Assembly (NCBI GenBank): GCA_020184695.1
Contig: JAANOX010000259.1
Coordinates: forward strand, 62,001 to 126,000
Source: Histomonas meleagridis 2922-C6/04-290x
Taxonomy: Eukaryota > Protista > Parabasalia
DNA length: 64,000 bases
Reading direction: 5' to 3'
A model generated the notes under the pieces. It was not told where the DNA came from. It made no database searches and saw nothing but the letters and a program-made list of their open reading frames with translations. This document shows, in pieces, positions 10,307 through 22,134 of the stretch. Both the position numbers and the translations under genes were made by a program. Position 1 is the first letter of the stretch; each line of letters begins with the position of its first letter.

Positions 10307-13300
10307 ATGGATGGGGATGGAAAACAAATATCCCCCCATTCATCAACAAGTAGTGCACTTAAAAGATATCAAAATAAAATCTTAGATGAATACATGACAA
10401 TTGTATCCAAATTTCAAAATTCTGTAACTGAAGTAGCTAATGAATGCAAAAATCTTCTTGAAGCACAAATTTCAACTTGCTTAGAAAATATCAAAAACGT
10501 AAAGCAAAAGCAAAGTGAAATCATTGATTCAATCGGAAATACATCATCAAGATTCGCTGATGATCATAATCAATTAATCTCATATAATAATGAAATAATA
10601 TCAAATGTAACACAACTTAATGAAAATGTCATTGCAATATACACAAGTTCTTATCAGAGGCTTCAATCAATTACAAATTCATCATTTAATCAATCTCAAC
10701 AATATATTTGCCAACTTCCTTCACAACAAGCAAACAAACTTAGTGACGAACTTAAAAATTTAAATAACAGCTTTTTAACGACCAAACAGAACATATTAAA
10801 ATTTCTTTATAATTTAGAGATTTCCAATCGAATTTATACTGATCAAATAAATGACCAATTTTTACAAAAGGAAAGTGAATGGAAGACCTCAAAATTCAAT
10901 TTTCTAATTCAAGACTTTAAACAGCAAATAAATCCCACACAAATCATTGATTATCAAACACTTTATTCTGATTTTTTTAATGACCAAAACAAATTTACGC
11001 AATGCATCAAGAAATTATTATCAATGCTTGATATGATTAATCCGCCAGAACATTTTCTTGAAGAAGATTTCCAAAAATGGTGGAAAGAAGTCGAAGAAAT
11101 CATTCAATATCATAAGTCATTTCTTGAACAATTTAAAATGAAATTTCAAGCGAAATTTGATGAAAGAAATCAAATGAACCTAAACTTATTAAATGAAACG
11201 GAAAAAGAGTTAACGCAATTAAAAAATGAATCTGAAACAACAACAGCAATTAATGAAATTTCTCCATTATTAAAGCAATCACAAAAAATAAACAATTTTT
11301 TTATTGAGAAATTAAAATGTTATTGGGATAATCGAAGTCATTTTTTAATGAAATCATTTGAATCGATTCGAGATTTTTTATTACCATTAATAAAAGTATA
11401 TAATGAATATAAAGAAATTGTTAATCAAAACATTACATTTGTTGTTAATGAAATAAATGAAATAAAAATTGAATCAAACAAAAAAATTAATGAATTAGAA
11501 CTCGAACTCGAAAACAAAACAAATCAAATATTAACACTTGCTTCTAAAGAAGATATAAATAATTATATTGATATATGTAAACAAATCCTTAATAATATTG
11601 AAACAGAATATAAAGAAACGTATCAAAAAATTAATAATATTTATGAAACTCAACCTTCATTAGTTACAAATCAATATAATAAAACAGAAAATGAAATTAT
11701 GAAAATTTTACATTTAAAATCAGGTCAAAACTTCGATGAAAATGCATCACGAATTTCAACTGAGAACTTAAGGAGATCGCGTACAAGTCAACGTAATAAA
11801 AGAATCTATTCAAGTAGTAAAATATCACAACAATCATCAAACATTATATTACCAAATGGAAATTGTTATGAAATTATAGAGAATTTTAATGTCATTCCAA
11901 CATTTGATGATTTTGTTGATGATAATATAGTTCAACAAAATGTAATACCTGAAAAGAAAAGTCGACAAAAAACTTCTTCAATTAGAAATCGGAAAAAAGG
12001 AAAAAATTATCAACAAAAAGGTAAAATTACTAAAAATCCATCAGAAGATATCGATGACTTTATAATACCTGAATATAATGTAATTGATATTGTGCCTAAA
12101 TTCGATGGAATAATATCAATTCAAGTTTATATTCCGACAAATGATGATATTAATGATTGGTTAAATAACTTAAAATATAATATAATATATAATTTACAAA
12201 ATGAATATATAAATGATTTAAAAAATGCAAATTATGAAAATGAAAAAATTGAATTAAAAAATCATTTTCAAGAAATTATGAAAGTTCAAGCACCAAAATT
12301 AAATTATATCGAAGTAGAAATTGCTCAAAATCGAATTATCGAACTTGAAACACATAAAATTCAATTCGAAAAACATTTGAAACAAAACATCGAAATATTT
12401 AATAAAGGAATTTCAAATTTAGATGAAACCTTTAATAAAAGAAAAGATTTACTAATTCAAGAATTAGAAAAATTAAAGAAATTTATTCATGATTTAAATT
12501 TACAAAAATCTGTTTCATGTTTAATAACATTTTCACAAAGTTTTAATAGTTCAAATCAAAAATTTTTAAATAAATTTAAACAAATTTCAGAAGAAATGAA
12601 AAATGATTTAAATAAATTTGTTAATAATTTTAATATCAAAAATGAAAAATTCATTGAAATTGTATCTAAAGATATATCAAATGAAGAAAAAGAAACAACA
12701 AAAAATTTATTTGATAAAATGAGATCGCAAATTGATATACATATTAATTCATTAAAACTAAAAATCGAAAATATTAACAAAGAAATCGAAAATTTACATC
12801 AAGAAACAATTCAAGAATTCGAATTTATTTCCAATATTCATAAATCTGATTTAACATTTATTGAAACAACAAATTCCATTCAAAACGAAACAAAAGAAAA
12901 ATATAATTTAATTCTCTTTAAAAGTAATCAACAAGAATTAAACATTGATAACATAATAAATAATTTAAATGTAAATGATATTAATGAAACAGAAGAAAAA
13001 CAAATAAATTCGATTTTAATAAAACTTGATGAATTACGAATATCATTGATTAAAAGAGGATATTATTTAAATGTAATGAAATCGCATTTAAATTTCGATC
13101 CTTTTGTATTTAATTTTAGTTTTCAAACACAAAATATTAATACAAATGAAAAAAACCCAAAAGTTAAACAACGTAATGAACATATTCGTTCAAAACAAAC
13201 AATAGAAAAAATAAAATCTAAAGCAAATCAACAAGATTTAAACAAAATTTTATCATTTGTAACATTAAAATTAGAAATCGAAAAACTTGAAAATGATTTT

Positions 13301-14344
13301 ATTACCAAAATTACAAATGTTTCAAATGATTTTTATTTGAATTTAAAAACACGTAAATATCAAATTACTCGTGAAGCATTAATTCCACAACAACAAAATG
13401 AATTTATTGAAAATAATAAAAACATTTGGAATAATATGATTATAAATTTACCAACGGAACAAAATAATTCGATTTTACATTATAAAACACAAGTTTCGAT
13501 TACAATAAATCAAATTCGAGAAATAGAAAAAGAAATTTATAAATTTTTTTCTAATTATTATATAAATTTGATACAAAATGAACGTTCAAATATACAAAAT
13601 AAATTTGAAATTAATTATAATAAACTTTTAAAAGATAAACAAAATAATAAAAATATTTTAACTAAAAAAATCACAAATAATGAAAACAATGAAAAAGAAA
13701 TAGATGAATTAAATAATAATGAACAAAAACTGAATGAAAATGAAATAAAAATTATAAATCAATTTAATGATCAAATTTATGAAAGTGAATATAATATCAT
13801 GTTATTATTTTCTTATAATTTGCCTTTATTAACAAACTTAATTCTTAATTTCTTAGATAAATTTATTGTTTTGGATGATTTAAATGATGGAAATACTATA
13901 AACATAAAACGAAAAACTTTAAAAGAATTAAAAAAAGAGAAAGAAAGACAAAAAACTACTCTAAACGTATCAAATGGAAGGCCTTTTCATTTAAGAGATT
14001 GGGAATCATTACAAATTATAATGGAGCCATTAAAAAATTACGTAAATATTAATAAAAAACAAAGCGATGAATCGGTGCCTTCAACGCAAAGAAAAAAATA
14101 TAAAAACGAAAAAGATTTAAACGGTGAAAATTTAAAATGTAAAATGATGAAATTCGTGACAAGTTTGGATACATCTGTACATAGAGGTTTGATATTAGAA
14201 AGAAATCAGTGTTATGTCAGCTACTCAAAGGAATTAGAAAAGAGATTAAAAGTTTTCGATGAATATATTCAAACATTGAAAAATGAAAATATGAACTTTG
14301 CGGAATATTGGAGAAAATGCATTGAACTAATTATATCTTTGTAA
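10307..14344 (+). CDS. CCDC180-like (DUF4455/DUF4456) ciliary coiled-coil protein
   Basis: ~1345-aa coiled-coil ORF. C-terminus SLDTSVHRGLILERNQCY...FAEYWRKCIELI resembles the DUF4456 end of CCDC180. Start uncertain: alternative out-of-frame ATG at 10279. Confidence 0.6.
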   Translation: MDGDGKQISPHSSTSSALKRYQNKILDEYMTIVSKFQNSVTEVANECKNLLEAQISTCLENIKNVKQKQSEIIDSIGNTSSRFADDHNQLISYNNEIISNVTQLNENVIAIYTSSYQRLQSITNSSFNQSQQYICQLPSQQANKLSDELKNLNNSFLTTKQNILKFLYNLEISNRIYTDQINDQFLQKESEWKTSKFNFLIQDFKQQINPTQIIDYQTLYSDFFNDQNKFTQCIKKLLSMLDMINPPEHFLEEDFQKWWKEVEEIIQYHKSFLEQFKMKFQAKFDERNQMNLNLLNETEKELTQLKNESETTTAINEISPLLKQSQKINNFFIEKLKCYWDNRSHFLMKSFESIRDFLLPLIKVYNEYKEIVNQNITFVVNEINEIKIESNKKINELELELENKTNQILTLASKEDINNYIDICKQILNNIETEYKETYQKINNIYETQPSLVTNQYNKTENEIMKILHLKSGQNFDENASRISTENLRRSRTSQRNKRIYSSSKISQQSSNIILPNGNCYEIIENFNVIPTFDDFVDDNIVQQNVIPEKKSRQKTSSIRNRKKGKNYQQKGKITKNPSEDIDDFIIPEYNVIDIVPKFDGIISIQVYIPTNDDINDWLNNLKYNIIYNLQNEYINDLKNANYENEKIELKNHFQEIMKVQAPKLNYIEVEIAQNRIIELETHKIQFEKHLKQNIEIFNKGISNLDETFNKRKDLLIQELEKLKKFIHDLNLQKSVSCLITFSQSFNSSNQKFLNKFKQISEEMKNDLNKFVNNFNIKNEKFIEIVSKDISNEEKETTKNLFDKMRSQIDIHINSLKLKIENINKEIENLHQETIQEFEFISNIHKSDLTFIETTNSIQNETKEKYNLILFKSNQQELNIDNIINNLNVNDINETEEKQINSILIKLDELRISLIKRGYYLNVMKSHLNFDPFVFNFSFQTQNINTNEKNPKVKQRNEHIRSKQTIEKIKSKANQQDLNKILSFVTLKLEIEKLENDFITKITNVSNDFYLNLKTRKYQITREALIPQQQNEFIENNKNIWNNMIINLPTEQNNSILHYKTQVSITINQIREIEKEIYKFFSNYYINLIQNERSNIQNKFEINYNKLLKDKQNNKNILTKKITNNENNEKEIDELNNNEQKLNENEIKIINQFNDQIYESEYNIMLLFSYNLPLLTNLILNFLDKFIVLDDLNDGNTINIKRKTLKELKKEKERQKTTLNVSNGRPFHLRDWESLQIIMEPLKNYVNINKKQSDESVPSTQRKKYKNEKDLNGENLKCKMMKFVTSLDTSVHRGLILERNQCYVSYSKELEKRLKVFDEYIQTLKNENMNFAEYWRKCIELIISL

Positions 14345-14454
14345 ATTATTTTTTGGTTAAATTTTTTTTTATTTTAATATCATTTCCCCCACCGACTCTT
14401 CTTGTGGGTAAAAAATAATTATTCATTAATATTGTAATAAGACATTTATCAGAA

Positions 14455-14527
14455 GTACCACTGGCCCAATGGATAAGGCGTGTGCCTACGGAGCATGAGA
14501 TTCCAGGTTCGAGTCCTGGGTGGTACA
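14455..14527 (+). tRNA. tRNA-Arg(ACG)
   Basis: Acceptor stem GTACCAC/GTGGTAC, D-arm TGGCCCAATGGATAAGGCG, anticodon loop CTACGGA, T-arm CCAGG-TTCGAGT-CCTGG, followed by an oligo-T terminator. Confidence 0.97.
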
Positions 14528-14544
14528 TTTTTTTGATTTTTTGA

Positions 14545-17500
14545 ATGCAAGTATTTTTAAGTCGAGAAAATGATACTACCGGAATCAGCACCCCTGATAA
14601 CCTTATCAAGATTTTTTTTTGGACGGAAAAAATTTTTTCGGAGATAAATAATTTCGAGATAATTTCTTCAGAAATCATCGATACGCTATACAGAACACAA
14701 CAGGAACACCTCCAGAACGACCCCAACACATCTAGAGGTATCATTAGTTCAAACGGAGAAATTTCGAAAAATGTGATAAATTCACCCATCACAGAATTAC
14801 TTCAACTTAGCACCTACAACCTTATTCCACCACAAAACACATTTCCATGTTTGTTTTACCCGCTTTGTCAACGAATTTTTTATACATTTTCAGAATGCAT
14901 CAAACATGCATATTTGGAAGAAGAGCATAAACCACAAGAAATCAACCAACTAAAGCGTTTCTTACCTCACGAACTTACATTATATGCTTGTTTATATAAA
15001 AGATTAAAATTCCAAGTTCCAAATATAATCAACAATTTAATACCATTCTCATTTTATACTCATAATAGAGGTTTTGTTATACGTAGATGTCCTTTACTAA
15101 GTTGTAATTATTTTATTAAAAACCCTGATGATTTTTGGCAGCATTTCGCCAATCAAATAAACCAGTTAAAAATTTTAGATCAATCATTTGCCACTAACGG
15201 TTATATTTGGTCAATAATTATCAGTCATGTTAAAATTCGTAACAAAATCTATACATTTAGAGAATTTCTAAAAATTCCAGATACAAATATTTTAATACCA
15301 AAAAACGTTATCGGTAATAACTTTAATATTACAATTTTAATTTTATTAAAAAACATTGATTTTAATTTTGATAACTACCCACCTTGGTTAGGATTAATTA
15401 ATAGATACATGAGTTTAACTGTTTCAGGTATACCAATTCAATTAATAGATGGTGGTTTGATCATAGATAATATTGACCTAAACGACATAAGTAATATCCC
15501 CCAAATTCTTCTGAATAATGACCCTAGAGTCAAACAAATTACAAATTATGGGGAACTAATCAATTGTGATGTATGTGATTCGATTCCAATTATTGAAGAT
15601 ATAAGTGATGAGTTGATGATTAAAGATGAGAAAATAAATGAGTTAAGAAATAGATTATCATTTTTTATTTTACACATATCAGAGAATAATATTAGAAACA
15701 ATTCTGGAAATTATAATCAAGTTTATACAAATGAAGATAAAGTCAAAATTAAAATACCAGAAGTTTCTATTGAACGTGAAATTCGTCCTATTAAAATCCC
15801 GAAAACTAAAATCACATTATTTAATCTAGAGATTGATATTTCTGCCTATTCTATGGCACAAGTGCCAGTCAATTATAGAAATTTCTAATTATCAATTAAT
15901 TTCTACGTGACATAGGATATCCCATAGATATACCGAATTATGTTAGAAATCCAACTACATTCGAAATAGGTATTCCAGATTACCATAAATATCAAGTACC
16001 AATTGAAAAACCGAAATTTAATATAGTTAAAAATAAGATTGACGTTACAGTTGAAACACCTAATGTTATGTTTGAACAAAAAGATATATCAATATCAATT
16101 GAGAGACCGAATTATCAATTAGTATAAAGTAAAATTGATGTTCCAGTTGAAATCCCAAAAATAGATTTCTATGAAAATCGGATCAAAATTTATATAGATG
16201 TCATGAAATATGATTTTAGATATATTTCAGTTTCCATAGATATACCAAGACCTAATTTCAATATTATACCATAACAAATCGACATTGGGATACCAGTACC
16301 AAACTTCAAATCTAATAATAATGTAAACTTACAGCAACAACAACAAAATGATCAATTAACATATGAAGGGATTAATCAAGATATTCAAAATAATACTCAA
16401 AATTCAAATCATGATGATGAAAATAATGTAAATGTTACACAGAATACGAATAATAATAACGATAATGATAGAAATAATCATGATAATGAAGATAACAATA
16501 GAGAATTATCACACAAACCAAAGAATTTAATTGAGAAGTTAAGGAACGTTAACTCTGAAAAAGATTTAGAAGAAATAATCGATAAATGGACTTCTTATAA
16601 TATTAATAATATTTCAGATTGGATAGATGATAATTAACTCTTGGAATAACATTACGTTACAAATTCAATAGTTATTATATAGATATGGCCAGGTGTTAAT
16701 ACATTTGTCTGTCCACATGCATGTGGTTTCGCAACACATTTCAATACATTATTGAACATACATCGAAGAGAAGTTCATAATGAAATATTAAAAGGTAATC
16801 AAATATTGAAAACAATTGGATCAATTATTGATAAAAAAACATTTTGGAAAATTATCACATTTGAGAGTAATGGAAAGTAAAAAGAAAACAAATCGGAAAA
16901 CATTATGGAATCGTCTATGTCCAAATTTTAAATATGTAGGTGATATAAAAACAGGATTGGCTAATCACATTCGAAAAGTTTATTCACAATACAACAAAGA
17001 TGATAACATTAATGGTTGGTTTTGGGCAATGATTTTACAATGGGTGAAGCATAGGTAAACCTATCAACATACAACAACCAGTACAACAAAATCAAACAAA
17101 CAACAATAACGATGATAATAACAATGAAGAAATAATTAATGGAAAAAGAAAAAATGAAGAAAGACAAAGAATAAGAGATAGAAGAAGAATGATTCAAAGA
17201 ATTGAGAACAATGTTGTAATTAATCAACAAATAGATAAAGTTGATAATAATAATGAAGAAGAACAACAATTACAAAATTAAAATGAAAAAAAATTATTTT
17301 GAATATTACTATCATTCAATAATAATCAACTTAATAATTTAGGACAAGAAAATTTAGATAATTTATAAAATAAAGCGAAGAAATGGATCAAGAAATGTAA
17401 ACGAGCAGAATGATATGGAATCGGTTTACCTAAATATACAGAGAAGATTAGAAGATCTTTTAGAAAATCTATATGTAAATTATTCAAGATTAAATTGTTC

Positions 17501-19330
17501 CATCAATGAAGAAGATCAAAATTAAAAACAACATCAAATTAATGATCAGAAATGTATTGTAATGAAAGAAGTTATAGCAAAAATGATTCTTTCCGTCAGG
17601 AATACTATACGAACAGTTTTAAAGATCCCAATTAACAAAATGTTAAGAAGACGACCAATTCTAAACAAAAACAATAATAACAAAGAAGAACTAAGAAGAG
17701 AAAGAATTAGATATGAACAAGAAAGAAATATTACGAATCTTATATCAAATATTGAGAAATATTTAGAATTAAATAATCGAGAACAAAATCAAATACAATC
17801 AATCATTGAAGATATATTAGTAGATATTTTACATAAATTAGATGATGATTTTATTAACAGAACATTCGAAGGAAGATAAATCCAAGATATTAAATCTTTT
17901 ATAAATGAAGAAGAATAATTTCGAAATATGAAATTTAACTGGATTAAGAATACATTAAAAAATGAAATTGCTACCAGAAGTGGTATTATAAGTGAAAAAT
18001 ATAAAGAAAAGATTCAAAATTTATATCAAGAAGATCCTCGAAAATTTATTAATTGGCATATCTGTAAGAATCCTACACCAGAATGTCCGTTAACTTTAAA
18101 TCAATTTGAAGAATTCTCTGTATATGAATGGAACTCTAAAATTGATTTTCATCCACTAAATAATGATTCTAGATGAAATTTTAACAATTGTTTTGTAAAA
18201 GAAGATAAAGATTTATTCATCATCACTATATCATTAGATAAAGATAGAATTAAAGAAGTCATTAGATCTAGACCAAATTTAGATGTTCATGGTATTGACG
18301 GTATTTCTAACACAATTTGAAAATCCAATATCAATATTACATCTAAAATTATTAAATATATAGTTTTTTATATGATTTTATATTAAAGAATTCCAAAAAG
18401 CTGGAAATCATCAAAAACTATTTTATTATATAGAGAAGAAGCACCAGAAGAATTAAGATCATGGAGACCAATTAGTATTCTAATACTTTATTTCGAATTA
18501 TCTATTGTATGTTTGTAAAATGTATTTAAGATATCGCTTATAAAATCAATATCATTAATAGAGTTCAAAACGGATTTAAAGAAGGAATTAATGGAGCAGC
18601 AGAACATATTGAAACAATTAATGAATTAATATCTAATGCCAGAAGAAAGAAACAAAGTATTTATATCACAGATTTAGATTTTAATAGCCAAAGGTTTTCC
18701 AGATAAGTTTATTAATATTAATAAAAATTCTTATAAGAACTCATACACGAAAATATTTTATAAAGGAACTAATTCTAGACCAATATTCGTCAAAAGAGGA
18801 GTAAAACAAGGATGCACTTTATCACCTACATTATTTAATTTGTGTTTAGAACCTCTATTAAAAGCAATTCAAATAAAAAATAAAAATGATGGTATACTAA
18901 TTGAAGACGAAACCAATGATGAAATAATTAGATTCAATATTCAAGCTTATGCAGACGACGTTATTTTAATGTCTAGTTCAGAAGAAGGTATGAATAATAT
19001 GTTAAAGACAGTTGAAAAGTTTTGTAAATTTTCAGGAATGGAATCTGCAAAAAATGCCCAAAAAATGTAAATTTTTAAGATATACTTATACTGATAGAAC
19101 ATTAACTTCAAAATTAACAATGAAATTATTCCTCAAATTTCTTTATTGTCTTATATTGAAAATTTAGGAATCCCAATAGCTTGTAATAGAGCTATTAAGA
19201 TAAAACATTCTAGATTAATTATTAATGAAATAAAGAACCAAATTACTAAAATTATGAAATCTCCATTAAAGATTACTCAGAAGATAGATTGTATTAAAAG
19301 ACTAATTACGCCAAAGTTTGGCGTAAGGTG
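14545..19330 (+). mobile_element. Decayed non-LTR retrotransposon (C2H2 zinc fingers + reverse transcriptase; probably RLE/R2-NeSL-like), 3'-truncated
   Basis: Zinc fingers at ~14848 (CLFYPLC..H..H), ~15090 (CPLLSC..H), ~16710 (CPHAC..H..H) and ~16918 (degenerate). RT motifs SWRPISI (~18459), RGVKQGCTLSP (~18796) and QAYADD (18942-18959), thumb KIDCIKRLITPK. Many stops and frameshifts; no endonuclease seen. Confidence 0.88.
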
Positions 19331-19919
19331 AACGTTCAATAGATTGAGCAAAATCAAAATTTGTTGATGAAGCCAATTCTTGAAGTTTTTCTACTTCATC
19401 ATTTCGTATTATTTTTGCAATTTCATTCGGATTAACTCCTTCTTTAATATATTTACTATGAATTTCTCAATCAGCATTTGATAATTCTTCATGATTTTTA
19501 TAAACAAAATATTTCCATAAACGTCTAACGCATATCCAAGATTTAAAATATAAATGCATTTTTTGAAAAAGTGTTTCCTTGGAAAAAAAGAACTTTTTTT
19601 TTTAAATCAATTAATTACTCTCAGTGAGTAATTACTATAAATTATGAATGAATTATTCTTTTAAAACAAAGTATACACATTATTATCCATTTAAAGAGGC
19701 AAGCCATAATAACTTAGCTATTTTCATATGAAATAATTAATATATTATTTAAAAATTTTTATTCTAATCAGAATTTTGAATTTCAATCAGGTGACTTCTT
19801 TTCATAGCTAATGAATATTTGTTGAAACCACAGAAAAAGATTATTATGGTTCCATCTCAACATAGTATTTCTAATTTGCCTAAAAGTTGAACAAGCTTAA
19901 GAAAAACTTTATTACCCAT
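19330..19919 (-). pseudogene. Fragment of a trichomonad DUF3447/ankyrin-family gene
   Basis: Minus frame near 19330-19500 reads EIHSKYIKEGVNPNEIAKIIRNDEVEKLQELASSTNFDFAQSIERSPY, typical of the family N-terminal region; stops upstream. Confidence 0.55.
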
Positions 19920-20039
19920 GTGTGAACCCCGGTACGTGATGGTTCTAATTTTGGTTAATTGAATAAGTTTTTCGGCTTTGCACCTCTTCGTTTTTCGCTA
20001 ACGTTTTTTGCAACGGTTTGTAAACGTCTGAATTTACAA

Positions 20040-21299
20040 ATGCAACAAGATCAGTGCCCCCATACAGAATTATTCGATGGAATGTGTGTCTTATGTGGAA
20101 AAGACATGTCACATAATTTGCCAAATGGTTATGTTCCAAATAATGAACTTATAATGAGAAAAGAAGATATTCAAAAAGAAAAAGAAAGCATTGATAAATA
20201 TCTTATGGACAACAAAAAATTAGCTCTTGTTATTGATCTAGATAGAACATTAATTGATACAATAATAGTTAAGAATGAAGAAGAAGCAAAAAGAATTATT
20301 GATCTCGATCCAGAAAACAAATCTGATTTATTTTACTTCATGTTAGACAGGCTTTACCTAGTTAGAATACGTCCACACGTCCATGAATTTTTAGAAAAAT
20401 TAGCTCCTTTTTACATTATGCATCTTGACACATTATCACAAAGAAGCTATGCGGAAATAATTATGAAAAAGATAGACCCAACAGATGTTTATTTTAGAGG
20501 TCGAATTCGATGCAGGGATGAAAGAAAACTTCAAACAAAAACAATTGAGTCATTTATCCTTAGTGATAAATACACCATTGCTCTTGACGATACGCCAGAT
20601 GTTTGGCAACAGGAAAATGATCATTTTGATTTCATTCCACGTCGACCAATAATTTATCACAATCTTATTCAACTTGAACCATTTCTCTATTTCAAAAGCT
20701 TTCCTGATGGGAAGAAGGAAATCTCACAAAGAGCAGCCAATGACACTACTCTTCAAAATATTGCAGATATAATGGTCGAAAAAATTCACCACAAATTCTT
20801 TGAAAAACAAACAGAGAACGTTTTTTTAACAATTTGCGACCTTAAGCTTAGCGTTTTGCGTGATTGCTATATAATGTTTTCAAATGCTTGGAATGAAGAA
20901 GATACTCTCCAAAGGAACAAAATAATCAGCAGAGCAGAACAATTCGGAGCAAACATCGTCGTGAACTTTTGTCCGTATGTTACACATATCGTTGGATTTG
21001 GGCCACCCCAAACCGTCGCCGATGAGGCAGCGAAATACAAAGGGATATTTATTGTGCATATGGCGTGGTTCGACTATTCTTGTCTAAGGTTTAACAAAGA
21101 AGATGAATACAGATACCAAATTCCTGGATATCAAATGGTCACAAATGGGGATCTACCCCGAACAGATCCGCCACCTGAAGAGGAGATTGGATCAACAGAT
21201 TTCGATGATTTGATGAACGGAGATACGACAGAATCATCAAGTGATTACAGTGATGATGATGCTTATTCTGAAGACATATCATTTCTGGGAGATAATTGA
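20040..21299 (+). CDS. FCP1: RNA polymerase II CTD phosphatase FCP1-like (FCPH + BRCT)
   Basis: N-terminal CPH..CVLCG, LALVIDLDRTL (DxDxT), RPHVHEFLE, LDD..DVW, C-terminal BRCT-like THIV..W. First ATG at 20040. Confidence 0.9.
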   Translation: MQQDQCPHTELFDGMCVLCGKDMSHNLPNGYVPNNELIMRKEDIQKEKESIDKYLMDNKKLALVIDLDRTLIDTIIVKNEEEAKRIIDLDPENKSDLFYFMLDRLYLVRIRPHVHEFLEKLAPFYIMHLDTLSQRSYAEIIMKKIDPTDVYFRGRIRCRDERKLQTKTIESFILSDKYTIALDDTPDVWQQENDHFDFIPRRPIIYHNLIQLEPFLYFKSFPDGKKEISQRAANDTTLQNIADIMVEKIHHKFFEKQTENVFLTICDLKLSVLRDCYIMFSNAWNEEDTLQRNKIISRAEQFGANIVVNFCPYVTHIVGFGPPQTVADEAAKYKGIFIVHMAWFDYSCLRFNKEDEYRYQIPGYQMVTNGDLPRTDPPPEEEIGSTDFDDLMNGDTTESSSDYSDDDAYSEDISFLGDN

Positions 21300-21525
21300 T
21301 ACCATTATGGAATTTAATGAAATAAAATTTAATTCAAAAATGTTTTTCATAATTTTCTTAATAAAAAATACTATTTAAGAGTTTATCAAATTTGATTTAT
21401 AGAGTAATCGAAAATAAGATTTACATTTAAAAAGTATTTCTATTTTCAATCTAAACTTTGAACATAATAAATAAATGTTTTTTATCGTTTATGTTAATCT
21501 GAAATTATTGGATATTTACTCATTT

Positions 21526-22101
21526 TTATTTCTTGTGCTTGGCCGCTTCCTTGGCTTTGATTGATGCCCTCCATGCTTTGTGAGCTGCTTGCTTATCTTT
21601 AAATAATTCTGCTTTCTTTTCTTCATCCTTGATTACTCTCCATGTAACCTTTTGATCAACTTTTGGAAGAGCAAAGAGTGATGGAATCGATTCTCCTGCT
21701 GGCAATTTCTCTGTTTTTGTATGAACACGAACCATCTTGGCTTTATATGCTTTAAGACGTTCTATGTTGGCTTGCTTGATTTCATCTTTTGTGTGAACAC
21801 GGAATTTATCCATGGCAATGCCCATAAATCTGGCACGTGATGGTTCAAATCCGGCAGCCTTAACTTCTTCAACTGTAAAACCGCGTCCAAGTCTAACTTT
21901 GCGATTGTAACGAACTGTTGGACAGTGAACAAGTGGACGAAGTGGTCCTTCTACTGGACGTGGTGCGATCTTCTTTGCACGAATTGCTCTTGCAATTTGG
22001 CGCCTCTTCTTACGTGCTGGATCGTCGAAATAAAATTTAATTCGGCGGAACCAATCCTTACGTAAGTGGTCATTAGGAACTCTGTTATTCTTGCAAACCA
22101 T
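21526..22101 (-). CDS. RPL13: 60S ribosomal protein L13 (eL13)
   Basis: HLRKDW..IKFYFDDPARKKRR, RPLVHCPTVRYNRKVRLGRGFT, NIERLKAYKAK. ATG at 22101. Confidence 0.96.
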   Translation of the reverse strand: MVCKNNRVPNDHLRKDWFRRIKFYFDDPARKKRRQIARAIRAKKIAPRPVEGPLRPLVHCPTVRYNRKVRLGRGFTVEEVKAAGFEPSRARFMGIAMDKFRVHTKDEIKQANIERLKAYKAKMVRVHTKTEKLPAGESIPSLFALPKVDQKVTWRVIKDEEKKAELFKDKQAAHKAWRASIKAKEAAKHKK

Positions 22102-22106
22102 TTTAG

Positions 22107-22134
22107 AAAGGTCGACCAAGGTGGAAAACCGTTT
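22107..22134 (-). promoter_or_regulatory. M5 (CCTTT) plus M3 (AAACGGTT) core-promoter pair upstream of RPL13
   Basis: Minus strand AAACGGTT (22134-22127) and CCTTT (22111-22107), 5 nt before the ATG; this is the arrangement described for T. vaginalis Inr-independent and ribosomal-protein promoters. Confidence 0.6.

Noticed and set aside
14346-14792. 148-aa minus ORF containing MYHPGLEPGISCSVGTRLIHWAS
   Set aside because: Reverse-complement translation of tRNA-Arg and the retroelement 5' region.
16100-18400. TAA=Gln / TGA=Trp recoding suggested by stops in the retroelement
   Set aside because: Neighbouring long host ORFs use TAA and TGA as terminators, and the element also has frameshifts, so decay explains it.
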